A DNA stretch of 22,622 nucleotides, from assembly GCF_006345805.1 (NCBI RefSeq), contig NW_021836747.1, positions 1 through 22,622 of the forward strand, written 5' to 3'. This document shows, piece by piece, positions 11,995 through 21,297 of the stretch (its first letter is position 1; each line of letters begins with the position of its first letter). The position numbers and the translations under genes were made by a program. Under the pieces are notes generated by a model. It was not told where the DNA came from. It ran no database searches and was given only the letters and a program-made list of their open reading frames with translations. This DNA is from Octopus sinensis (lineage: Eukaryota).

Positions 11995-12390
11995 AGGAAA
12001 GTGAAAGTATCGCTTTGCAACCACGTGGTTTCAGATTCAGTAACACCACATGGTACCTTAGGCAAGTACCTTCTAACAAAGCTCCAGGCCACCAATGCCT
12101 TCGGAGTTAGTTTGGTTGACAAAAATTGTGAAAGCCCAATGAATATATATATATATGTGCGTGGGTGTATATTTTTGCTTGCCTTAGTGTTTAGGAATAG
12201 TTGGTTTATGTCCCTTGTAATTAAGCAGTTCGGTAAAATAAAAAACAAAAGACCGGTAGAATAAGCACCAGACTTAAAACGAAACATAAAAAAGCAAAAA
12301 AGTACTGGGATCGATTTGTTCGATAAACCCTTCAAGGCGGTGCCCCAACATATCCGCAGTCCAATAACTGAAACAAGTAAAAGAGAAAAG
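11995..12390 (+). mobile_element. Diverged near-full-length SINE (family of 21298-21713)
   Basis: Collinear matches: caaccacgtggtttc...ggtaccttaggcaagt..., internal TA/GT microsatellite, ...tagaataagcaccag...aaggcggtgcccc...ctgaaacaagtaaaaga. Confidence 0.75.
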
Positions 12391-12640
12391 ACGAAAGCAA
12401 AGAGTACTTAATAGATATGCCTATACCCGATCATATTATATGGAAGTAATAGAAAATTTTCTGCAATTATAAGAAATTCCATCTACAACTAAACTGTTAT
12501 GAAATATATCAAGGAAACGAAGTGGTTAATGTAAAATGATGTAAAATAGAATTAACAGCATGAAATAGAAATGAAAAAAAAATTAACAAAATAATATTTC
12601 GTTCAAATTGCAAGAAAAACGGTCAGCCATTTTTTAAGGA

Positions 12641-12830
12641 TGGGTGTTAGTCGATTACATCGACCCCTGTATTTGACTGGTACTTATTTTATCGACACCG
12701 AAAGAATGAAAGGGAAAGTCAATCCCGGTGGAATTTGAACTCAGAACATAAAGAGTCAAAAACCAAAAAATTGTCACGCCGTTAGTAATTTTTATCCGAC
12801 GAGCCAACAATTCTGTCGGCTCACCGCCGT
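12641..12830 (-). mobile_element. Partial SINE (family of 10199-10417)
   Basis: ttagtcgattacatcgacccc...ggtacttattttatcgac...ggaatttgaactcagaac is the reverse complement of that family's body and B box. Confidence 0.7.
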
Positions 12831-13114
12831 CTCTATCGGACTCAAATATAATGTACCTAATAAAATAAAATAAAAAAAAGCGTAATGAAAGGATTATAAA
12901 TGTCAGCTTAAAAACGTAAGACTTGTTCAGAAGTTTGGAGTTTGTGACTTATAACTTCACGCGCATGAATTGTCACATGACAACACACTATAGTCAATGT
13001 TCAGCAAAAGGGGTTTGCACTGTATGATAATAGGGGAAAATATATTCTTATAGGGAAAGATAAAACAAAGGTGACTGAACTGAGTAAGAAAGGATGAGCC
13101 CAATAAGAAATTTT

Positions 13115-13330
13115 ATCTTTTGTTTCAATTATTACCATGTTAGGATACCACCTTGAAAGGTCCATTCCAACTAATTGACTCCAGGACTTATTTCTCTTAA
13201 GACTGGTTCTTATTCTATCGTTCTCTTTTGCCGAACCACGAAATTACGGGAACGTAGGCAAACTAACATCGATTGTCGAGCAATGGTGGTGGACAAGCAC
13301 AAATACTAAAACACACACATAGATATATAT
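13115..13330 (-). mobile_element. SINE 3' half (family of 21298-21713)
   Basis: ccaggacttat...ttattctatcgttctcttttgccgaacc...ttacgggaacgta...catcgattgtcgagc matches 21369-21470. Confidence 0.7.
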
Positions 13331-13359
13331 ATGCATATATATATATATATATAATATAT

Positions 13360-13404
<45 letters not shown>

Positions 13405-13524
13405 TAGTAGAGGTCACAAAAATGACGGAGGGTGTTCACTATCACCACTTACGCTAAAATAAGAGTTAAATTACTCTAAAGCCACTAAAGCACTATACTT
13501 ATATATATATATATATATATATAG

Positions 13525-13562
<38 letters not shown>

Positions 13563-13599
13563 ATATATATATATGATATAATTAATATATGATATATGA

Positions 13600-13762
13600 T
13601 GACAATTATTCGGTAGCCATGATAAAACGCCGCCATCTCTTCAGTTATCGGGCCATCGAAAAAAATGCTATCGATGGCCCGATAGCTGGAGAGATGGCGG
13701 CGTGGGCTTCCGCCCCGACATCAGAAACTCGGAGTTTTTTTATGGCTACCGAATAATTGTCA
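13600..13762. mobile_element. Palindromic MITE embedded in (TA)n
   Basis: Perfect 21-bp terminal inverted repeat (13600-13620 / 13742-13762) plus an inner 33-bp inverted repeat (13627-13659 / 13671-13703; 31/33) around an 11-nt loop. Confidence 0.85.
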
Positions 13763-13839
13763 CATATATTTACAGATAAATTCCTCTATTTACAGGATAT
13801 CGAGGCCTTTTCATTCTTTTGTTGTCTTACCATTTCTAT

Positions 13840-13884
<45 letters not shown>

Positions 13885-14169
13885 ATATATATTGAAGAAA
13901 GACTTAACCGCTCTTAAACATAATTCCACGAATCAACAATTCTCGGAGGCCAACTGAAAACGTGCAGAAACGCTTCATCGATCTATCCACATCTCAGACA
14001 GCTCCCGTTGAAGGCACTTCCGTATCAGTCAAGTTTGTTTCAGTCAGGCAATGGTGCATTCCATATAACATCGCCCTGTAAAGGAATTGTAAAAATCATC
14101 CTTTGTTACTTGATCGAATGTCTTTGGAACTAACCAGCCAAAGGCACAAGTTCTGAAATTGTGAGATGT

Positions 14170-14345
14170 GAGGGTTAGTCGATTATATCGACTCTAGTAC
14201 TCAACAGGTACTCGTTTTATCGATCTCGAAAGGATGATAGGCAAAGTCAACCTCGACTGAGTTTAAACTTAGGACGTAAAAGTCGGAAGAAAAGTAGCTA
14301 AGCAGCCTATTCGGTGCGCTAAAGATTCTGCCGGTTCGAGGCCAC
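14170..14345 (-). mobile_element. Partial diverged SINE (family of 10199-10417)
   Basis: ttagtcgattatatcgac...aggcaaagtcaacctcg...gctaaagattctgccggttcg. Confidence 0.65.
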
Positions 14346-14390
14346 AATAATAACAATAATAATAGTAACAACAGCAACAACAACAACAGC

Positions 14391-14442
<52 letters not shown>

Positions 14443-14528
14443 TAATAATAATAATCAATAATAATAATAACAATAACAACACCAATAATAATAATGATAA
14501 TAATAATAATAATAACAATAACAACACC

Positions 14529-14584
<56 letters not shown>

Positions 14585-14624
14585 TAATAATATCAATATC
14601 AATAATAATAATAACAATAACACC

Positions 14625-14655
<31 letters not shown>

Positions 14656-14760
14656 TAATAATAATAATAATAATAATAATGATAATAATAATAACAACAA
14701 CAATAACAATAATATGAATAATAATAATATCAACAGCAACAATAGCACAATTTCAACAAC
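14346..14760. repeat. Long (AAT/AAC)n trinucleotide field, about 400 bp
   Basis: Read directly from the sequence. Confidence 0.95.
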
Positions 14761-14953
14761 GAGAACATGAGTTAGATCTAGAATGTGTTCAATTCTACAA
14801 AATCATATTGAAAATGAGGAAGGAGAGAAGGAGAAGTGAGAGGAAAAAGGGAGAAGATAATGGTTATTATCGTGAAGAAGATAATAATAATAATAATAAC
14901 TGTGAAGAGAATGTTTTAAAAATTAACAGAGCAATAATAACAACAACAAAGTC

Positions 14954-14956
<3 letters not shown>

Positions 14957-14986
<30 letters not shown>

Positions 14987-15018
14987 AAGAAGAAGAAGAA
15001 GAAGAAGAAGAAAAGAAG

Positions 15019-15048
<30 letters not shown>
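14957..15048. repeat. (GAA)n, about 30 units with one interruption; (TTC)n on the gene strand
   Basis: Read directly from the sequence. It begins 13 nt inside the intron. Confidence 0.95.
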
Positions 15049-15049
<1 letters not shown>

Positions 15050-15061
15050 GCAGCTACTTAC

Positions 15062-15398
15062 GCATGCAATCCTGGTGGAAGTGAAACACATGTGGCGGAA
15101 TAAAGTAATGAGGATGCCGAGTTGGGAAGACAGGCCTGGGGGCCAGTATATTGTCAATGGTGAAGTTCGCTGCGGGAGAACCGACATTGGCACCCGGGAC
15201 GGATATGGCGTGCGCCGCCGCCGCCGTCGTTCCAGCAGACGCTGCAGCGGCGGCGGCCGCTGCTGCCGCCGCCGCAGCGGCAGCTTGTCTGTATTGGTAG
15301 GCGTCTGTAGAATGGGCAGAGCCGGAATTTGAACTGCTGATGCCGGCAGACGGGCTGTTGATGCCGGGACCGCAACAGAACGGCATGTACTGCATCAT
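15062..15398 (-). CDS. gsc: First coding exon (conserved part) of an eh1-containing homeobox repressor, probably goosecoid; partial gene
   Basis: MMQYMPFCCG...A15...NFTIDNILAPRPVFP. The eh1 motif at 15164-15144 with its APRP tail parallels FSIDNILAARP of vertebrate Gsc. The exon is GC-rich non-repetitive coding-like sequence and ends at C|GTAAGT (donor 15061, phase 1, as I recall for vertebrate GSC intron 1). No homeobox is seen in the window, so other eh1 genes (e.g. engrailed) are not formally excluded. Confidence 0.7.
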
Positions 15399-16669
15399 GA
15401 TAAAACCAGTGGCGTTGCTGTTGTTGTTATTGTGGTTGCTGCTGTTATTGTTAATGTTGTTGTTGATGATTTTATTGATGTTGTGACTGAGGAAGATGTG
15501 ATTGTTTTTGTTTTTGTTGTTGTTGCTGTCGCAGAGTTTTCCGTAATTACTTTGATTACGGTTGTTGTTGTTGTTGTTGCTGTTGTTGTTGTTGTGTTGT
15601 TGTTGTTGTTGTCAAGATGAGTTTTAAGTTTTCTCCCGATGGTATCGCTCTGATGCTGATGATGATGCTGCTGTTGCTGCTGTTGCTGATGATGATGATG
15701 TTGGCGGCTTTGTTGAAATAGGTTATGACCCGGATGGTATCGGTAGTGCTGTTGAAGTTTTGTTTGTTCTTGATGTTGTTGTTGTTGTCGTTGATGATAC
15801 TGTTGTTGTTGTTGTTGTTGCTGCTGCTGCTGCTGTTGTTGTTGTTGTTGTTGTTGTTGTTGACGATTAGGGTATGGACGATCGTGTTGGTGCCGTTGAT
15901 GCTGCTGCTGCTGCTGAGAAGGATGAGAGTGATGTTGTTGTTGTTGTTGATGATGATGATGATGTTGATGATGATGATGATGATTATGATGACGGTGATG
16001 ATTGCGATGATTGTTTTGTTGTTGATGTTGTTGCTGCTGCTGCTGCTGTTGTTGGTGGTGATGGTAAGTTGCACTTGACTTGACACCACCGCCACCGCCG
16101 CTGCCGCCGCCGCCACCAACACTACTACCACCACCACCACCAACACCAACACCACTGCCACCGCCAGCACTACTACCGCAGCTACCACCGACGCCGACGC
16201 CGCTGCCACCACCACTAACTGCAATACTGCCTCTGCTGTCGTTTCCGCTCCCACCGCCGCCGCCTCCACCACCACCGCCACCACACCCACTACCACAGCA
16301 ACCACTAACACAGCTACTACTATTATTACTACAACTACTACAGCTACCGTTACTGCTACTACTACTGCTGCTACTACTACTACTACTTCTACCACCACTA
16401 CTTCTATCACTACTGCTGCTAGTACTACTACTAACACTACTAATGCTGCTAACACTGCTGCTGCTACTTCTACTGATACTACCACTACCAGTACTACTAC
16501 CAACACTACCACCACCACCACCACCACCACCACCGCTAGTGCAACCACCACTAGTGGTGCCGATACTACAGATATTTCCACTGATGCCGCTACTGCCGCC
16601 GCTACCTAGATACCAAGGCAACCGGTGTAGAGCGAACCCCAAAGATGCTTCTGACCCTACCTCCTTCAT
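15395..16669 (-). CDS. 424-codon low-complexity ORF (Gly/Ser, then Gln/His, then Thr); either the frameshifted N-terminus of Gsc or a long uORF
   Basis: First ATG is at 16669 (the track's 16711 start is GTG). Unique non-repeat stretches (DRPYPNR, HYRYHPGHNLFQQSR, SDTIGRKLKTHLD) read sensibly in this frame. Trinucleotide repeats keep several frames open by chance, so coding status is uncertain. Confidence 0.45.
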   Translation of the reverse strand: MKEVGSEASLGFALHRLPWYLGSGGSSGISGNICSIGTTSGGCTSGGGGGGGGGSVGSSTGSGSISRSSSSSVSSISSVSSSTSSSSDRSSGGRSSSSSSSSSSSSNGSCSSCSNNSSSCVSGCCGSGCGGGGGGGGGGGSGNDSRGSIAVSGGGSGVGVGGSCGSSAGGGSGVGVGGGGGSSVGGGGGSGGGGGVKSSATYHHHQQQQQQQQQHQQQNNHRNHHRHHNHHHHHQHHHHHQQQQQHHSHPSQQQQQHQRHQHDRPYPNRQQQQQQQQQQQQQQQQQQQQQYHQRQQQQHQEQTKLQQHYRYHPGHNLFQQSRQHHHHQQQQQQQHHHQHQSDTIGRKLKTHLDNNNNNTTTTTATTTTTTVIKVITENSATATTTKTKTITSSSVTTSIKSSTTTLTITAATTITTTATPLVLS

Positions 16670-16744
16670 ATAAAAGGTGTGCGAAGCTGTTTTGAAACGA
16701 CAAAAACACACACAAACTCATCGAAAAACGAAAAAATATAAAAT

Positions 16745-17030
16745 ACCCTTCTCTCTTAATCTATCTTTCTCTCTCCCTTTCCTTTCGCCTCTTTCTTCCT
16801 TTCCTTCTTTTAATTCTCTGCTTATCGTCTGATTATCTCTCCTCTATTTCCCTTTTTTTTCTTTTCATTTCACTTCATACTAAATGGAGGATTCTCTCGA
16901 AACTTCTTGCTTAATCTCCGCCTCCTCCCTCTTTCTCTCTCAATCAGTCTCTCTCCCTCTCTCTCTTTGTCTCTCTTTCAGTCCCTCACCCTCACCCTTT
17001 GTCTTTCGCCTATTCACTCCCTCGATCTAA
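16745..17030 (-). promoter_or_regulatory. Candidate proximal promoter / 5' region of gsc
   Basis: GA/CT-rich island immediately upstream of the long ORF with three TAATC cores (16757, 16830 reverse, 16912) and GATA cores. The TSS cannot be located from sequence. Confidence 0.35.
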
Positions 17031-17097
17031 GGAGCTAACCAGTCCTATAACAGTGTATCTATCTGCATATCTATCTACCTCTAAGCCGGTCTACTCA

Positions 17098-17098
17098 C

Positions 17099-17160
<62 letters not shown>

Positions 17161-17358
17161 GTCCGTCCGTCTGTATATCTGTCTATCTATCTGTCCGTCC
17201 GTCTGTATATCTATCTGTCCCTCTGTCTGTCTGTCTATCTATCGTTCTCTCTGTCAGTCTTTCAGTCTGTCTACATATCCGAATATGTGTGCATGCATGA
17301 AATATGCATGAATATAGATATGTATGTTTATATAGATGTATATATATGTGTGCGTGTG

Positions 17359-17404
<46 letters not shown>

Positions 17405-17480
17405 TGTATGTATGTATGTATGTATGTATGTATGTGTGAGTGTGTGTATGTGTGTATGTCTGTGTATATGTATATTAGTA
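17098..17480. repeat. (CTAT)n, (CTGT)n, (TA)n, (GTAT)n compound microsatellite
   Basis: Read directly from the sequence. Confidence 0.95.
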
Positions 17481-17546
17481 TAAATATATATCGAGATCCT
17501 GTCTTCTATTCTCCTCACGCCCTTTCAAGTGACTACTGTGCGTTGT

Positions 17547-17702
17547 GGCGGGGAGTGGCTTTTCTCTCGCACTTCTCACTCCACATTTCTGACGTCACAT
17601 GCAAAGTAAGCCACGTGACAATTCAATCATTTCATTTCCATTTTCATTCTCATTTTACTTTGCCTCTTTCTCTATAAAATCAGCTTATTTTTTGAATCAG
17701 AA
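17547..17702 (+). promoter_or_regulatory. Motif cluster: GC box, CRE, octamer-like, E-box, TATA
   Basis: GGCGGGG 17547, TGACGTCA 17590, ATGCAAAG 17599, CACGTG 17612, TATAAAA 17673, in a unique island between microsatellites. Confidence 0.4.
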
Positions 17703-17804
17703 TATAAGCAGTAGCATCAATTGTGTATGTGTGTGTGAAGTAATGTGATGGATGATTATAGAAAGGGAACGTTTTCTTAAGAAGTGAGAAGGGAAATTTT
17801 AACG

Positions 17805-17861
<57 letters not shown>

Positions 17862-18089
17862 TTGTTTTGCCAGAAATGTAGCTAAATGAGAATTGAAAGC
17901 GTGGCATGAACTCCACTAGTAGAAATCACTCGAAACATTGGCCTATTTTTTTTTTTTTTGTTCATGTATTTATTAATTTATCTATTACCTATAATATATA
18001 TTTACATTAATTCTTGAGTTTTCGCTAGGGTGATCCTGAACTGAACCTGAATCAAATGTGTACAAGAAATATGCAACGGAACCGAATAT

Positions 18090-18331
18090 GCACGTATATA
18101 TATATATATAAATATTATATTATATTATATATATTATATTGTCATATTATGTTATGTCATATTATATTATGTATGTATATATATATATATATATATAAAT
18201 ATATAATATAATTTAATATAATATATGTGTGTGTGTGTGTGTGTAACTATATAGTATCTCTCTCTCTCTGTCTCTATATATATATGTATATACGTATGTA
18301 TGATATATATATATGTATGTATATATATATC

Positions 18332-18366
<35 letters not shown>

Positions 18367-18472
18367 TATATATATAATATATATAAGCGATAATATCCTC
18401 TTCCACTAATAGGAAGATTTAAAGCCTGTATTGATAACTGTTACTAATTCAATTGTGTGAAATAATAAAAGC

Positions 18473-18527
<55 letters not shown>

Positions 18528-18600
18528 TTAATAATAATAATAATAAATAAATAAATAAATAAATAAATAAACAAATAAGCAAATAAATAAATAGATAAAT
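18090..18600. repeat. (TA)n field, then (AAT)n and (AAAT)n
   Basis: Read directly from the sequence. Confidence 0.9.
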
Positions 18601-19920
18601 AAGTAACTAAAGTGGACGTAAGAGAAACTGTATCTCAGACCGTTATTTGGTATCAGACGGATAATAACGGACCGTTATTTGATAAAAGAAAAAATTGAAA
18701 GCAGCGATCAAAAATTATCCTTTTAAAAATGCGTTGTTGCAGAGTTTTCGCTAATCATTATTATCATTATTATTTAATTTAAAATTTTATATTTAAAATT
18801 AAAAATCAAGATTAATTCTTTAAAAACTAAAACACCAAGAAAAGAAACACGTCGGTGATTGTAATAGCGCTGTAGGCTGATGGTAGAAATGGGGTTAGTG
18901 ATGGTAGATACGATGTTCGTTATGATGGTAGTGATGATGATGCTGACGGTTGTGACAGTAGTGACGGTGGTTATAATAATGATGATGACGATGTCGGTGA
19001 TAACGGTAATGGATTGAGGTCTCGTGTTGTCACGGTTCGTTAAGTGGAAATTGACGTAGTTTTAAGGATTGCTCTTGTTGACAACCTATCTCATCTTTTG
19101 GGGGTTTTTTTCCTTATAGTTGTTCTAACCACTGCTGTTGTTATTGTTGTTGTTGATCGTAGTGTTGTTGGTGGAATTATTTATTATTGCTGTTTATTAT
19201 TAGTGTTCTTGTTCTCGTTGTTGTTATTGATATTGTTGTTTATGGTGGTGTTGGTGGTGGTAGTTGCGGCGGTGTAGTGATCTCTGTAATGAAACTGATA
19301 TTATTGTTGCAATTGTTCTTGTCTTTTTGTTGTCGTTGTTGTTGTTGCTGTTGTCTTTGTTCAACAACTCCGATGTGAAAATGGCGGATTGAAAATAACC
19401 AATGACATTTCAAAAGCTTGGTTTCTTTTCTTCTTTCTTTCTTTCTATTCTTTTTCTTTTCTATTCTTTCTTTTTCTTTTCTATTCTTTTTTTCCCCCTA
19501 GCCGTCCGTTGTTGCGAACGGAGAGAAGAAAAAGCAAAGTAAAAAAACAACAAAAGCAAGAAGAGCAGCAACAGCAGGAGGAAGAGGAAAGGGGGGAGAG
19601 TGTGAGGATAGAAGTGAATAAATCTTGGTTAATTATCTCCCCTTTGTAGGGCTCAAAATCTGACTAAAATCAAGATAAGTTGCAGCGATCAATCAAAAGT
19701 AAATGGATTTCCTCAGTGTCATTCTATACACAAATATACGTACACGCACGTGTGTGTATGTATATATATTCGTGCGTGAGTGTGTATGTATGTATATACA
19801 GATTCGTGTGTATGTATGTATAAATAGATATGTATATATATATATATATATGTGTGTACAGAAATATGTGTATATGTATGTATATAAGTCGGGGTGCCCG
19901 TGAGTGTGAAGTCTATTTCC

Positions 19921-19972
<52 letters not shown>

Positions 19973-21084
19973 TATTATTATTATTATTTTTACGACATCA
20001 GAGTGAGATGGTAACGATAAAAGGACGCTGGGTAACGTAGGGGTCTGTTTGTTTCGTGTTTTCGTTTTTGTCCCTTTTCTTTTACATCTCTTCGTCTACT
20101 TATTGGCTTTGTTGTAGTTGTTGTTGCTGCTGTTGATGATGATGATAATAATGATGTTCTTTTCATCGCTGTGCTATCGCCGTTGTGTTGATAATGTTGC
20201 TGATGATGTATTTAACATGGTAGTGGATGGATCGAAAGCGAGCGTTTTGTCAAATCACGTGAACGATGGAGGGAGTAAAAAAGAAAATAAGATCTGGCTG
20301 CAGATACAGAGTTGAGGATCAGATGAATGACACTTAACGATAGGAGACTGAGGTGGAGTGGGAGATCAAGATGGAAGAGCGATCAAACTCACTATAGTAA
20401 CATATCGTAGATCAAATGTGAATTTTAAAAAATATATTTAACATTTGTTTTCTTCCTTTTCCATAATTTTTTTTATTTTCAGTGCTATATATACACACAT
20501 ATATACACGTATATATATATATATATTTATATATATATTTTATATATGTGAGAAAGTTTCGAAGGAAGAAGTTAAACCATGAATCAACTGCGTAGTTAAA
20601 TGTGTTATGGTGAATCAAAGACTCGAAGATAACGCAACTAGAATATGCAATAGAAAACTTTTTCTTGGAAAACTATTAAGATGAGGTTGAAGAAGACACA
20701 GGTAAACTGTAAATAATATACGATGATGTGGAATAATTTTATTTTTTAGATTTTTGTGTGTTTGATTTCTTTTTTTTTTTGCTGTTTATTTATTTATTCG
20801 TTTATCTATCTCTTTAGTCAGAGTTTTGGTTGAAGATCAAAGTGTCGTAGTACGATTTATTCGTGCCTGGTGAACTAGTCAACTCCTGCAAAACTGTCAA
20901 CTCCTGACAAGTCAACTCCTGCAAAAACAAAATCATAAAAAGAAAAGAATGATTAAAATAAAAAAAAAACAACAGGATTCGTCACATTAGCAAAAAAGTC
21001 ATACATTTGTCATGAAGAAGGAGAGATAGTGAAAATAAAGACAATTTAATTGAACAGAGATGGTAATAACTGTAAAAAATAAAT

Positions 21085-21250
21085 ATCGGTTTCAAATTTT
21101 AGCGCCAGGCCAGCATTTTATTTTATCGTCATTGAAAAGATGAAAGGTAAAATCGACCTAGGCGGTATTTCAACTTGGAATGTAACGACGGACGAAGTGC
21201 CACAAAACAGTTTACCTGTCGTGCTAACGGTTCTGCCAGCTCGCCGCCTT
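21085..21250 (-). mobile_element. Partial SINE (family of 10199-10417)
   Basis: Ends cgtgctaacggttctgccagctcgccgcctt, the reverse complement of the family 5' head. Confidence 0.7.
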
Positions 21251-21297
21251 ATGTAAGAAAATAAAGATAAAAAAAGAATATTGTTGCGAATTATTTA

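Noticed and set aside
14808-15375. Plus-strand Arg-rich 174-aa ORF and alternative minus frames as overlapping genes
   Set aside because: They are shadows of the (GAA)n tract and the GC-rich poly-Ala exon, with no recognisable motif.
15556-16673. 341-aa Val-rich and 197-aa Pro/Leu-rich ORFs
   Set aside because: These are alternative frames of the same trinucleotide repeats, with implausible composition.
20878-20927. CRISPR-like array
   Set aside because: The repeats are 11 bp with 4-7 bp gaps in eukaryotic DNA, and there are no cas genes.
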